DNA of 64,000 nt from Marsupella aquatica (lineage: Eukaryota; Plantae; Marchantiophyta): NCBI GenBank assembly GCA_973895155.1, contig OZ316892.1, forward strand, positions 25,319,233 through 25,383,232, in the 5' to 3' direction. The notes under the pieces are model-generated. The model saw only the letters and a program-made list of their open reading frames with translations, was not told the origin of the DNA and ran no database searches. Both the position numbers and the translations under genes were made by a program. Shown here one piece after another: positions 24,393 to 38,810 of the stretch. Numbering within the stretch: the first letter of the stretch is position 1; each line of letters begins with the position of its first letter.

Positions 24393-27300
24393 ATGGCACG
24401 AAAACTAGAGAAATCTGTGAATGTAAAGAATGACCCACAGAAACTGGACACCACTGCAGAGGCAAGGCGGAGTCGTCGAGAGCAGAAGGAGCTGGCAATC
24501 GATGGCACACAGAAGCGCAAAAGTGGCAGACTGAAGAAATTAAAAGGTGATGAACAGGGATTGGGAGAAACAGTAGCAGCTGCAGATGTAAAGGAGACCG
24601 GTCCTACCTCTGAAGAACAGTCCGGTCCTGATATGGTGAAACGCACTAGAGGTAGGCGCAAGAAATCACAGGACGATCCAGTGGAGGAACCTGAAGCAAC
24701 GGCGTATGTGCAGGAGAGCTGCCCCTCACCTCCGTAAGCCTTTTCCGTCTCTTGCGCGCTCTTTCTCCCCTGTCGGAGTTCAAAGAATTGGTCTCTCTGG
24801 TGGATTTTAAACGTATCCTCTAGCATTTGCATTTTCTTTCAGCACTGACTGCGAGATTGTATTCGTAATGGTAGCAATGCCACTTGATTGAATCCCTGTT
24901 TGGTTTGCAACCATGGTGATGGCTCTAATCTTACTTAAACCTTCTGCCAACCTCCCATTGAATGCCATTCATAGCTCTCACTCTGTGGTTTAACTCCATC
25001 GAAAGCTTTTTCCAGAGTAGAAAGGTTTCCCCGCTTTTATATTGTACAGAAAAATGAACATCATTGTATTGTGAACGTCCTCGAAGTCTAGCGTCATTTC
25101 GAGATTCGTAATGTCTCGATGAAATGGACGAAGTGGGCAAAACCCCCAAAAGTTGTCTGGGATGATAATTTACCCCTTCTACAGGCAAGAAGATGCAGAG
25201 CATATGGAGGATCACAAACGAAAACGAGGAAAACCTAAAAAATCAATAAAAACCAAGGAGGAACTCAAGGTAGCTGATGAGATGCAGAGTACACCATCTT
25301 CTGGAGAGGTGCGTGAGGGGGAAAAGCAGAAACGCCAGTCGGGTCGACTAAAGAAGGCAAAACCTGAAAATCAAGAAACGAAATCAGAGGGAAAGCACAG
25401 AGCAGCAAATGGAGGCCCAGAAGTCAATGACAGGCGTAGAAGCAGTAGAGGCAAGGCAAGTGGGAATCAGAAGCCAGCCAGCGGCACCACATCCACAATT
25501 GGTCCGAAGAAGGAAAACCCCAAATCTTCACCTTCAGCTCCGAAGAAGCCAAAAAGGCAGTATCGCACGAAGATTGAATTAGATGGCATTGAATTCCAAG
25601 TAGGGGACGATGTCTACTTAAAGAAGTCCGACGGAGATGGCTCGGAATCAGACACTGAAGTGGAAGATTGCCGCATATGTGGAAACACAAATGAGGAGAT
25701 TATGTTGGAGTGTGACGACTGCTTGGCTGGCTTCCATCTGACTTGCTTGAGTCCACCTTTGGAAAATGTCCCTGAAGGTGATTGGATTTGTCAGTATTGT
25801 GAGAAGGGGGAGACCCCTCCGGAACCAGCGAGCTCTCAGCGAAGGCATCGGTCAGCTCGTGAAAGACTCCTGGCTTGTGACCTCTGGGCAGCTCGGATTG
25901 AACGGTATGCTTTTGCCGAAACACTCTTATCCAAAATCATCCCGTATGTGATTGAAAAGAAGCAATGTACTTGATAGAAACTGATCGAGGATCATGCGCA
26001 GTGCAGGTTGTGGAGAGAAATAGATGGTACGCCCTGGTTCACAGCACATTGGTTTCTCGTGCCCGAAGAGACGGCTTTGGGACGACAGCCGCACAACGGC
26101 AAAAGAGAGCTCTTCCGTTCCAATCGGAGTGATGATAATGAGGTCAGAGTTCTTTAATTCTTTGGCTAAAGTGTCCATTAGACCATCAGTCTCTGTGAGT
26201 TCATAGGACATTCAGCAAATAAACAGAAAAGTAAAGGAATCTACCATCCACAGATCGAGGGACCAGACAGGACAAGGTAGAAAACAAGTTGCCGGACATA
26301 AGGAAAATGAAGTGAGTTGACTAGGGGTTTGCGTTTCAATGAAGGTAATAAACAATAATTCTGATTTGCACAATTGGATGGCGCAGATGGACTCGATTCT
26401 ACGACATTGCTACGTCATGAGTCCGCAAGACTACAAGAATTCCGCTGGGGAGGGGGATGATGTGTTCTTCTGTGAGTACGAGTACAGTGAACAGTGGTGC
26501 AAATTCAAGCGAATCGAATATCTAGACGATAACGTAAGCATACAGTGTTGGACATAAAAGAGATATTTCTTTCTATGGTAGTTACTGGCAATCGTCGTTT
26601 CCGATTGACAAGGTTAGGTTTCTTGTGGTCTTGAGATGAATTGGGTGAATGTCGTCAGATTTGGCACCCAAGTTGCGCTGTGCTCACTCCTGTTCTTCTA
26701 TCGGCATACGTTGCAGTTGCTTGTCGTGTGATGGGCACGTAAATCAATCAATGGCGTCTGATCGTACATTTGGGCTCATCAGGAAAATTGGAGCGAAGAT
26801 GATCAGCCCTATGATCCCCCAGATGAATCGGAGGAGGAAGGTAATGCAGAGGACTCGGGTGGCCGGATAAGGAGGCGTTCTATCCAAGGCAAAAAACTTC
26901 AACCAAGCAAGAGCATAAAAGCCGCAGTATGTCTGAAATCTTTATGTTTCGAAGAAGAACTGTGATCCTTCCCAAAGTTCATTCAAAATACGTAATTAGA
27001 CTTCAAATTGGAGGAGGAATCTGTCGTATCCACATTTCAGTTTTGTCGTAAGAACATTATTGCCATGTTTAATATGCTGACACAACGATTCAAGAATCAA
27101 ATTTATTATGTTGAATTCGTTTGGATTTTCGTCTTAGAGCCTACAAATCTCACATGGGGCAAAGGTGAGAATCTACAAGGAGAATGAGAGCCGAGGTTTG
27201 AATTGAAACTGACTGATGATCCTCATGCTTGTATTAGAATAAGCGTCATAACTATTCGAGAGGGATTGACGAGGTGGGGGCAAAAACTATACCAGACGGT

Positions 27301-30300
27301 ATCAGGAAACGACCCCAAACTGAATTTGACCGAGCCAAGGCGGCCCTTGCACTATCTGCTGTTCCCCCTTCGCTGCCTTGCAGGGACAGGTACCTACTTT
27401 CTTTCTGGCCCTTGCCATAAATTGAATGCCAACATCTCATCGATTACAGTTGAGTAATAATCAAGTTGAAATTTTACGGGTGAAATCCGTGCAGGAGGAT
27501 GTGGTTGCGTGCTTGAAGGTGTTTCTTCTGTCTTCCTAACTTTATCTTCTGAACATTTGCTGTGTGTTCTTTGCTGAAGGGAAAGAAAGGAAATAAGTAC
27601 ATTCCTCAGAGATTCAGTAGGAGCTGGGGAGCATTGTTTAGGACGATGTCTGTATATAAGTGGAGTACCAGGCACAGGAAAGGTAAGAAATATTTATTTC
27701 CCTCCATTCCGCCTAGACTCTACCAGTGTAAATGCCAACATGGAAGAAGAGTTTCTACTACGTTGGACGTAGTAATTGATGGAGAAGGGTCGAGTCCAAC
27801 GAGCGCTGGACCTTCTTTGTGTAAGTCCGGCAACGTGTTTGATTGGAAAGTAATGTGGGGCTTGTTTGTATTTGGTACTAATGTCTCTTGTGATAGAACA
27901 GACAGCCACAGTTCTGGAGGTGATAAAGGAGCTGGGTAGCAAGGTGGAGTCGGGAGAGCTTCCTCCGTATCGTTTTGTTGAGATAAATGGTCTACGCCTA
28001 CCATCTCCAGAGCATGCATACACAGTAAGAATCTCATGCTGCATTGAATAAAGGATGATGGACTTGCAGATGACTCTATTGAATTTGTTTGTTTTGGGTG
28101 GGAGGGTTCTTGTGTGTGTGTGTGTGGTGGTTGTGCCGGGGGCCGGGGGGGGGGGGGTGGTGGGGGTTGGTGACTCAGGACTTATTGGGTAAATAACTCA
28201 AGAACGGCAGAAGGTACTGAATTGTCTCTTTATATCCAGATTCTGCATGAAGCATTGACAGGGCAGCATGTAGGCTGGAAAAGAGCTCTGCAATACTTGG
28301 ATGAGCGGTTCTCAAAAGCAGAACCGGGGAAGGGAGTAGATGCCCGTCCTACCGTCCTCCTTGTAGATGAACTGGACCTTCTTGTCACCCGCAATCAATC
28401 GGTATGTTCAAACGCCGTTTGACAATACACTTTGTTTCCGAAATGAATGTGCCCTCTCCGAAGAAACTGCTCACGTCCAGTTTGTGGTTAATGTGCAGAG
28501 ATAGTTTGTCTTTGTAACTGTGTTCTGAAAGAAAGACGCGAAACCCTCCCTTCATTGATGACCTTCAAATTGCTTGTACTTCCAGGTTCTCTACAATATC
28601 TTTGACTGGCCAACGCGTCCTCTATCACGGTTAGTTATCATAGGTAATGTGGCGGGCTTATTTGTGCGTCCAAATATCAAGTGTCTTAAGGCTCGACTTC
28701 TAAATTATTTCATGGATCTACTTTGAACAACATTTTCAGCAGATGTATTGTTTGTGATCAAAGTGTCGGTCAATTTATGGTAAATGATTTTATGCCCTTT
28801 CCCAACGTATTCAGAAAATTCCTGATCCGTTGGATCTTACATGTCGGCAGGCATAGCCAACACCATGGACTTGCCAGAGCGCATGTTGCCACGGATTGCA
28901 AGTCGTATGGGCATGCACAGGATTTCTTTTAGTCCATACTCCCACAAACAGCTGCAAGAAATCATCGCGGCCCGTTTGGAAGGAGTACAAGTCTTCGACA
29001 AGCAGGCTGCCGAGTTTGCTTCTCGCAAGGTCATTTCATTTCCACAAACGGCATTGCCTCATTCATATTTTTGTTTGAGTGGATATGATATGAAGTGAAA
29101 TCTTAGTACACAAAGCTTGTCCTTCAAGTTACATTAATTCAAGTGCACTATGTGGGTTTGCGAAATTTCGTTGCTAGAAGGTCAGTTATCAGCTTTTCTT
29201 CTGGGTGGAAAGGTTAATCTACCTTGCATTCAATTTCTCGTAGGCCTGTTTTAAAACAAGTTATTTTCCAACTTGAGAAAAAACTACACGAATTGTTTCA
29301 TCGAGGTGCTCACTCATACAAAAAATTGAATAGTTATAACTGGTCGTTGTAAGCTCTCATAGGTAGCGGCTGTATCAGGGGACATTCGCCGTGCCCTGGA
29401 ACTTTGTCGACGAGCTGTTGAAGTGGCAGAAGCTCGCTTGAAACTTCGGTCCTTGCCTATAAGTTCTCCTGTGTCCCATGATACTTCGTCAAATGATGCA
29501 ACAGCCATGACACTGGAAGCTGATCAAGGTATTTCCCAAATCTTCTCCCGAGTTTTAAGCAGCTCTTTCAGACCTCGACGCAAAGGACCTGTCACTCATA
29601 TCTAGTGTTCATTTATGCAGCTCACAATTTTATCTGTGAAGTGAAATCGAACCATGTGACAAGCTTTTGTATAACAGGTCTGCAAGGAAATGGCGGTTCA
29701 ATAATTTTGTCTGACGTGGATGCGGCAATCAGTGAAATGTTCGAAGCCCCACAAATTCAGGCAAGCCCCTTCCCAGATTTCTCGAGTGTTCCCCACACTT
29801 AGAAATTTTTTTTTGAATCCCTCCAGACTCTTATATTGATTGCACTGACAGTAACAGTGCTACGTAGTTGATGCTCTTTATAGAGGTGGCGGCCAGCATC
29901 ACGTGTGTTGTTTACTTCTGCCTGCATTGACACATCCAAAGCAACAAATTTTGAATGCTCAAACAGCTCTGAGATACGATCCCAAGTCGCCATTTCCAAG
30001 TTTCTCCTGAAGTTTTTGGGAGCAGGTTTAATCTTGTTTACGGGAATTTTATGTAGATGATGAAAAGGTCTGCCAAATTAGCGAAAATATTCCTGGTGGC
30101 CATGGTTTATGAGCAGAGACGGAGTTCAATGGCTGAAACTACCTTCGAGAAGGTTCGTTGGATATGAGAAGGTGTTGCATACTTGTCATACACGGTCATT
30201 CTTGGATCAATTTTATAGATAAGTTTCTAAATAAAATCCGATTGGATGTTTTGTAGTGCGGCATTGTGTAGATGGTAAAAGTAATTTTCCGCAGAGATAC

Positions 30301-31177
30301 TGAATTATTACTAGGACGAGTATGTGAGTTCTCTACCTGCAGTGTTCCATTCAATTTCTCCGCTATATCTTGTGATCTTGTGACAGAACGTGTTACAATA
30401 TCAATATTTGCCTACTGGCAATTATCTGGCATGGTGAAGTCCACACGTGACATTTGAGTGGTTTGATGTTCCTTGTGGTGTACGTACCTTATCAGATAGC
30501 GGCCACATGCTCAGAGTTGTGCACAAATAATGGTGAGGAGAGACCAGATTGGGACACACTTCTTGCTATTGGGTATCGACTTCTTACCATTAGTCAGTTT
30601 GCTTTTCTCCCTTGAATGGGAAGTAAAATCCTTTGTGTATATGACGATTGGAATGGGAGAATGAACATCCCCTGTTGTCTGTGTTCGACAACAATTATAT
30701 TTCATAGTCTGACCTCGTTGTGGGAGGTCCTCTGCCTCGGTTAGACAGCCATTGGTGGATTCATTTTGACTCAGGGACTATTATATCTAACGTCCGATTC
30801 CCATCGTCTGAACAGATGCAAACTTGGTGCAAGTCGATTATTGCTATGTGAGCCTGGAGCCCACCATCGCTTGCAAAAGCTGCAGCTCAATTTTCCTTGG
30901 TGAGTTCTTACCTGCTGGTTTTTCACAAATTGGGTTTTTCGCTCTATGAACAGTACAATGCTGGAGGGTCACCTCGGCAGATTCGTAAAGATGTTCCGTA
31001 TCCACTAGCTCTATATCATGTGTTCAACATTCTTTTGACCATTCTGACGCTCTAGTAATCGAGGATGCTCAGCCTCTCAACATACCTTAACAGGAGATTG
31101 TTGGTTGCTACAGCGATGATGTCAGCTTTGCATTGAAAAACGATGAACAATCTCCATGGTTGGCGAAGTACCTCTAA
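24393..31177 (+). CDS. ORC1: Origin recognition complex subunit 1 (BAH with inserted PHD, AAA+, winged helix), 17 exons
   Basis: Exons 24393-24733, 25185-25904, 26007-26142, 26387-26533, 26783-26926, 27238-27389, 27580-27682, 27902-28024, 28240-28401, 28586-28643, 28851-29029, 29363-29528, 29678-29760, 30057-30152, 30496-30572, 30816-30899, 31114-31177. PHD CRICG...CDDC...HLTC...WICQYC; BAH PEETALGRQPHN; Walker A YISGVPGTGKT; Walker B LLVDELD; GDIRRALELCRRA; C-terminus DDVSFALK...PWLAKYL*. Start exon is less certain. Confidence 0.96.
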
Positions 31178-33441
31178 ATGGTCCTCCAGTAGTACTTGGC
31201 AACTATGGTTTCGGTTCCCCTTCACAGAGACCACCTACACCATTTGTACAATAATAAATCACCGACGACCAGATCAGCGTAATTTTTCTCGCCTAAAGCA
31301 TTTTTCCCATCCTACATTCTATTGGGATGTTCTTTCCATCAATTTTGTTATATTTCCTTCATTTGAGTGATTGGAACGAACGTGGAATCCATCAATTTTG
31401 CTCACTCGCCAGTTGTTATTTTCTAGGTTGTTATCCAACGAGCTGGTTTTGTAGTGGCTGGTAAAACCTGAGTGTGTGGTTTCCACAGGTCTACCAAGGT
31501 GATGTAGACAGACTAAGAAGTTGTGCAGAATAATCTCTAGTGCTTAGTGAAGTGGCTTTACTTACGGAAAAGCAAGCAAGTAGAATTAGAACCTGGTATA
31601 GGCAATTCCTCCCGTCTCAAGTCTTGAGCAATGATAGAAAGTTTTGGTGTTGGGAGAGTACTTGTAATTAAGCTCGGGAAGGGTAGTTCTTTGTGCAGGT
31701 GGACTCTATCAGAACTGTTTCTTAGGGGATTGCAAATAGTCCTCACGATCTGGTAGGATTGGAAAAGTTTTATCTAATCCATTCAAGTCTCCATCATTCC
31801 AATTGTGAAGTTCTAAAGGGAATCATGTTTATGAATTCTACATACGAGACCGACTTCTTTCTGTGACTTCTTTCTGTGACTTCTTTCTGTCTATGAATGT
31901 GGAGATCATAAATATTTACAGTCAAAGGGACAAGTTACGAGCTGGTTGTTCTTTAGAAACCTGAATAAGTAACGGAAAATTTACCTTTTCACGGATTTCC
32001 AGTCTTCTTAAATTTAATATGCCGGTACTTATTGGAGAGACATAAACTTACAATATGCGTTTGAAGAGCCTTGAATTGAAAATAATCATTAGAGATGCAC
32101 AAGTTACAACACGGAAAGTAAATCTCTATTCTCGTAATAATACAAACAATCCACATCTAGTCACTTGCCCATGGTACTCATACAGAATGGTAAAAGGAGG
32201 GTTGGACATTCCGTTGTCCGTCTTATCTTGGGTTTTTTTAGCTGCATGATTTGTCCTCTCAGGGTGGAAAAGGACTCCCTTGAGCACCGGGTATGCATGA
32301 ATGCCGGGTGTGTGAGAAGGGGAAGGGGCGCTGATTGCAATTGAGGAAAAGTATAAAATGTTGTGGTTAGAAACTCCCATCTTATAATATTTTCTAGTTG
32401 GGGAAAGGATGGGAGGAAAAATCTGCCAAACGTCGGTGCAGTGTCCTTGAATGTCATGGGAGGCAAAATCTATCACACTTTCTAAATAGAAATTCCAAAC
32501 CAAAACGCCTCCAAAGCAAAAATTCTGAAAATGCACTTGCCAAAGCAATCAACTGAAACCCAAGGGCGACAGGCTTCACCCAGGTACCCAAACTAATGGG
32601 CCGGAGTCGAGAGAAGTCAAGGTCAAAACCAAGAACAAATGTATCCGTACATTCAAAGAGAAAAAACCATTATCTGATCCAACGACACTGTTAAAACTAT
32701 AAGAAATAAGACCTGTCATGGACTCCCAATGATTTACCGGAAATGTTAAACCATATCCTTTGCAAGGCGGGGAAAAAACATATTGGATGGTCACACATAG
32801 TTGGACATCTACTATGGAGATTGGCTGGATGGAGAGATAATTAACATAACCCAATCTCCGAGTAAAACAACATATTGGATGGCGTCTAATAGTAAGACAT
32901 AGATCAACGATAAAGGAAGTCATTAAGTGTGTAAATGATGGGAAAACGCGATGGGAAAAAGCTAAGACTCAAACTATTTATGATAACTGTCAAAATTGGC
33001 TAGTTTGCTCGATGTGTAAACTGGTCTACCTACCATCACTATAAATGCTGGAGCTCGAAATGGTGCCTGATGCAGAGACTCCTGGTCTGCTCATTCAACC
33101 AGGAAAGCGAATTCAATCTTATGTTCCAAACTTACCAGGCTAAGTTTTGTGGACGAAATGCAATTGTGATCAGCACACAACTGGCTGTAACTACAGATTA
33201 CCCGGGATATCCTATGAAATCCAGATTACAGGTCAATTTTTATCCAGGTATTTTTTAGCGTTTCTGCACGATCCATGGGGCGGCAGTCCATAGAAGCATA
33301 ATGGCATAGGAGAAGTCCATTGAGCTTCTTTCTCACAAACAAGAAACGAAGAAGAGTTTTTCTCAGTAAACCTACGATGCCCGGTCATTGAAGAAAACTA
33401 TGACCCCGGCAATTACAGACTCGTACAACTAATTCCGAAAT

Positions 33442-36213
33442 TTATTGAACTCTAGACCTTTCTTTTGATTGGGCTTCAATTGCATGTTGGGGGTGTTTGT
33501 TGGTCTTCCTACGCTGTTTTAATTTTTCCTCCCACGCTTCTTCAGACAGTCGATAAAGCCTGAGAGCCGCCCTTGCATCTTCAACCTGAAAACACATGAT
33601 TGATTTGGACGAACATCACTCCATAATACTCAAAAGAAGTAGAAAGCCAGAGTATCTAACAAGGCGTCACAAGAAGAACCGGACTAGCGGCATTATCTAA
33701 GAAACCAAATAAATATTGAGTTTGAGATACACAAAATCAATCAATGTGCTTTGTCATTTTTTGTGAGTTATGTTGCTGTACTGAGTCATGTTCTCTTTGC
33801 TGGATTTTGGCCCCAAGGTGTAAGGCAGCAAGATGCTTGAGAGCTTGTGGCCGACCTTTGTCACTGCGATACAATCACCACCTTCTTACTAAATAGCCAT
33901 TATTAACTTGCAATACGTCGAGATAACCGCAACACTAAAAACGTCAAGAACTCTGCACAGTTTAGCAGTAGACCAGCTCTATCGAAGTACTAGATAACGT
34001 CGAAGTACTAGATAACGTCAAGGACATGAAGGTATAGTGGATCCAGTTCACAAACCTTCGGAATGGACCATACTGCTGTGTGTCCCGAATGTTTTTTCGA
34101 GGATGACTCAAAAGCAGTACCTATTATGATCACCCAATTACCTCATTTAAATGACTAGAAAAGCGCTGGCTTCTAAAATGGTTGAAGAGAAACCGCAAAA
34201 CAATTAACAAGGATTGAGACTAAATTCACTCTGCGGAGGAACTTTACAACATTGTCCGCTATAGTCCTCCTTTTGAAAGTGTTGCGAAATCAATATGCGG
34301 AGCCAGTGAAACAAACTTCAGAAGGATTGGCAAACCTTAAGGTCATTGTGCAAGGCATGACCAACCAAGACACGAGTGTGCAGGATATCAGCGACCTGCT
34401 TTTGAACTGTGGAAAAATCTTCAGCTGCAAGGACGAGGCATAAGAGAAATAAAGTATCCGTAAAGAGGAAGGTGAAGTTAACAGCTCACTAACAGAGCTT
34501 GCAAGGCAGGTTTTAAAACTTGAAAGTTTGAAACCCAACTACTTCGAATGTGGAAAGCTAGAAGAGAGGGCTCATAAGGGTCCGAACTCTAGTGCCATCT
34601 CTGTAGTACTCACCTAGTGCAATCGTAATACATTTTTGTTACTGACTGTATGAAAGTAAGGTTTCTATGAAAATTATTACAAGAAAACAGGCTGGATATC
34701 TTCATTAACCACTCAAACGGTTAGCTTTTCAACTCCAATCATAACTTACCTTTCCTCAAGTCACCAGCTCGCACCCCACTGACTTGTGTCCGAAAATCTG
34801 TGACCCACTCAGGTGGACGGACGTGCTTGTCATACACAACGTTTCCCCACATATTTACCTATTAAGCAGACAACAGCTCATTATGCATAAAATATCCTAG
34901 ACTTTCAACAAGAAACCAAAAAGGAGTAATAAGTTTAGAGAGATCGACAACTCTTGAGCTTAAAGTACAGGATTCCCGTCACTAGGCAGTAAACCATGCA
35001 AGCAAAGCATGCACAAGAGTGAGGGGGGATGCGTTTCATGATGATTTCTTACGATGGAGACCCGCGCTAAAGCATTTCTCTTTCCCTCCGGCCCAACTCC
35101 CACCATTTCACAATCCAATGCCAGAACTCGTGTGACACTGACCAACAACAAATACTGGTGAGTACGCATATTTATCGGGCAAAGCAATCACAGAATCAGA
35201 TGCAGAGAAATATGAGGTATGATTGATACCTGTGGTCCGCGTTAGTAGGGAGAAGACTGCATGGAGAGCCATCCAATTTATCAGCAGCGGTGCCTGTACT
35301 CCACAGGTTAGGAGTACTACAAAAAAAATACCAATTCTGCAAAAGTATGATTCACAACCAAACGAATTTATCATCACCTGTAGCTCCAGTTGTCTCTGTC
35401 TTGATCCTCTTTCTCGCACTTGGTCCCTTCTTCGTGTTACCCAATGTCTACGAGTACAAACACACAATAGACAGATGAGATTACTGAAACGACCTTGACT
35501 GTAGCAGTCGTAGTCTCAGAGAGTTTCCATGTCATTCTAATAAATGGAATGACGTTGCTGCGAGAGAATGCGGATTACTAGATTATTTTGAGGATAGAGA
35601 GGGAAAATAATTAATCGAAGTGAAATTGATTCGATTACATAGTGTCCTGGGTAAAACAGCTTAAATGCAGCGAGAGAAAGACCAAACAAATGACGTTCAA
35701 GAGTGAATTGGCTTGTTATCGTCTTGATCTTTAGGGCTTCCAAAAATAACTGAAGCGGAAATTGAATTTGTTTCCCACCATTCTCAGCTTGAAGGCTCCG
35801 CAAGCGACTGAATTTGATCTATGGATGAATTCACTAACGCATTTGAAAATAAAACTGAAAGCAATTGAATTCAGTCATCAAGTTGTACAGAATGACTTTG
35901 AATTAAAAGACTGTACGCCGTCCTTCTCTGGGAGAAACCGGTAGAACGAAAAATCGTCTAACTTCCGATTTGAGAAGGTCAGTCGAAAAGTGGCGGATAG
36001 TGCATACAACACAGCCCAACAACTGAAACATGGGAAAGCCATATTGGCACTGGTTGTCATATCCGAAAACCCTGGAAGGTAAACCACACTTACCGTTTGC
36101 AGCTTGAGCCAGTTGCTGTTGAGGACAGGAGGAGCGGCTGGTTCCTTTCTAGTCACTTCAGTGCCACTGGAAAGACCGCGCTCCTTTCCTCCTAAGCGCT
36201 TGCGCTTCGTCAT
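33442..36213 (-). CDS. REX4: RNA exonuclease 4-like DEDDh 3'-5' exonuclease, ~9 exons
   Basis: Spliced motifs [21 protein letters not shown]...[56 protein letters not shown]...[19 protein letters not shown]. Stop TAA at 33442-33444, ATG at 36213. Confidence 0.92.
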
Positions 36214-36474
36214 CCTCCGCCTCACCCTTCTTCACCGCATCATTGACACTCTGCGCACATTAGAAGATGTTACCGTCTCCATCTTCTTCAGTGACCGATT
36301 GTGTAGAATCCCTTTCTTACGTTGTTCGGCAAATTACTCATCCATAGCCGTTGCCGTTGTCTGCATCGGTGCACTGGGAGTTTTCATTGCAGCCCATCGT
36401 TGGGAACTTTGATCGATGCGAGAAAAACCCAAACAAGAGTTGTGGCATTTGGTCAGAGGGTTTCTGTCATTGGA

Positions 36475-36489
36475 AAACCCTAAACCCTA
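36475..36489. promoter_or_regulatory. Tandem telo-box (AAACCCTA x2) upstream of REX4
   Basis: AAACCCTAAACCCTA ~260 bp upstream of the REX4 ATG; telo-boxes are common in plant ribosome-biogenesis gene promoters. Confidence 0.6.
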
Positions 36490-36530
36490 GAAAGGCTTCT
36501 GACCATATTCATTTATTTTTAAGGTTTCTC

Positions 36531-36672
36531 TCGATATTCCTTTCTCACTTATTTCAAGGTTGACATCAATATTCCTTTCTCACTTTTTCAAGGTTTGACA
36601 TCGATATTCCTGTCCTACTTTTTGCAAGGTTTGACATCGATATTCCTCTCTTCACTTTTTTCAAGCTTTGAC
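36531..36672. repeat. Tandem repeat, ~36-bp unit x4, in the REX4 promoter
   Basis: Unit GATATTCCTTTCTCACTTTTTCAAGGTTTGACATC. Confidence 0.88.
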
Positions 36673-38389
36673 CAAAGAGTTAGATGGACCAACCTTGTTT
36701 TTGGTGGGAAATGACATAGGGTGTTGGATTTAGGGACTCTAGACAAATTCCCCTTGGTCATCCTCCTATGTTGTTCCTCTGGAACATTACTAGGCTTTTT
36801 ACTTTGTTGCCAGTAGGGTTTGGAAACTCTGGGGCTAAGATGGCTCTTTTGGTCTATTGTGGTTTTTTTTTCCCATGTTTTCTCCCCTTCATTTGGTCTC
36901 CAATCTTGGGGATAGTGTCTCCTGGCTTGGTGCATTTGTTCCTTGGCAGTGTGATATGGTGTTGGGGGGGGGGGCGGCATGGCAAGGACCCAATGAATTC
37001 ATGAAAGAGGGCAGAAATCTTGAGAACAAATGAACCCTCTCTTAAGAAGGAATAGGCAAAGAGGACCAAGTATTTTTTTAATCTAAACACACGCAAAGAA
37101 GAAATTTATACAAAATCAATGGTGTAACTGGGGCGACAAGCTCCAGAGTAGTCTGTGTGACTTACAACGGCCCATTTAAGTATCTTGGCAAAAACTGGGT
37201 TGTGGGAGTTTCAATTTCAATTACATTAGTTAACGAGGCTTCGAACCCAACTCCAAGCAAGAAAGCAAGAAGCAAGAAATACAAATACCCTTGTATTGCA
37301 GAGAAGGGAAATATGATCTCAGGGCAAATGTGGCACCAGTTTGACGACTGAGGTTTCTTTGCATTTCCTGACAACCTTATCACTCCAAAGCAAACAAAGG
37401 CCAAAAGAGCCCGCAAGAGAGTAGATAATGAATCACATACTTGCTCATTCATATGCATTGCACAAACAAATGCCGTGATGAAACTATTGTCATTGCAAAA
37501 GTCCAGTTGTCCCTGAAAGTGTGGCAGTGTGGAGATGTTGCCCAATGCGGAAGATGGTCAGCGTGGAAGACCCAAGCACAATCTTTTGCAGGCTGGGAGA
37601 GTTAGAGCGGGTAGTGAGGGTTAGGTTAAAAGTTGGGCATAAAACGAATTGCCCAACCCTCCATTTCCCCTATCTACTGCCCGCCCCGCTGCCCATTCAA
37701 ACCTCAGTTTCAGAAATTCAGCCTTTTTTTAGATGACAACTTTTTCAGGAAACGGATTTTGGTAGATCTGAAGGTCAGCGACATACTTTTGGTGCATCTG
37801 ATGAATGACATTGGCTCCTGCCCTTTATGAAATTCATATACTGATCATCACATTTACAGAAGTCACATTTAGAGAGTACTTAGTTTAATAGATATTATAT
37901 TGGTTTAGATAGATATCATACATACACGTGATAGAGGCATGTCCAGAACCTACTTAGAGCATGCCCATTTGGCTCCAATGATAGGCCCAGGATACTGCAA
38001 ATAACAACAACAGAACATTAGGTACTCAATGGTATGTTGTAGCATCATGTTATGAATTTTGCAAAGCCAGGACTGTGGACATTATGGGCAACGTCAAGCT
38101 GCAGAAATGCTTTTAGGAAGAAGGCCTGCTAAGACATCCAGATATCCCTTTCACATATCTAGCATTTTCATAGATTGACATGCTTTAGGTAATGTCATAC
38201 TAACTCAATGCCTGTGCAGTATTGTCGACAATAAATGATGTCAAGCAAAAAAGTTGTCGATTGTCACGAGTGAGATAGCCACGCAGTCTGACACTGAGGG
38301 GAGTTGGGCCTGATATTAATTCAGCTTGCTCTTGGCTCTTCTGCGACCAAACTCTATTTGGACACTGGCCCAATATGTTTATTCAGCTC

Positions 38390-38810
38390 AACTTGGCAAT
38401 GATCTTGGGGAGATGTTACCTGACTTCAACAGTTCCAATTAAAAAGGCACCCCAAACCAATCGTGCATGTTAAGTAAGCTCGAATCAAACACGTACTCTT
38501 TGGTCACCAACCTCGTATAAGTCAGCACACTTCGACAGGTCCGGTTAGGGACTCAAAATCAACAGTGCATATCAAGGAGGCTTAAAATCAACAGTGCATA
38601 TCAAGTAGGCTCAAACCAAAAGCTCTTTCATCATCTCAAATTGGTAATGATATCGTGGACATGTTATACGACTTCAACAGTGTAGATTAAGTAGGCTCGA
38701 ACCAAATGCTCTTTGGTCACAGACTTGGCAATTTGACCATGATGTTGGGAGGATGTTACCTGACTTCAGGCAGTTCGCACCACCTCGGAACCCAAAATCA
38801 ACAGTGCTTA
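38390..38810. repeat. Degenerate composite repeat array
   Basis: Recurring modules GATGTTACCTGACTTCA, AAAATCAACAGTGC and AAGTAGGCTCGAACCAAA..CTCTTTGGTCA, each 3-4 times. Confidence 0.7.

Noticed and set aside
28100-28170. (GT)n and poly-G tract in an ORC1 intron as a G-quadruplex element
   Set aside because: Simple sequence; similar G runs occur throughout the window and nothing indicates function.
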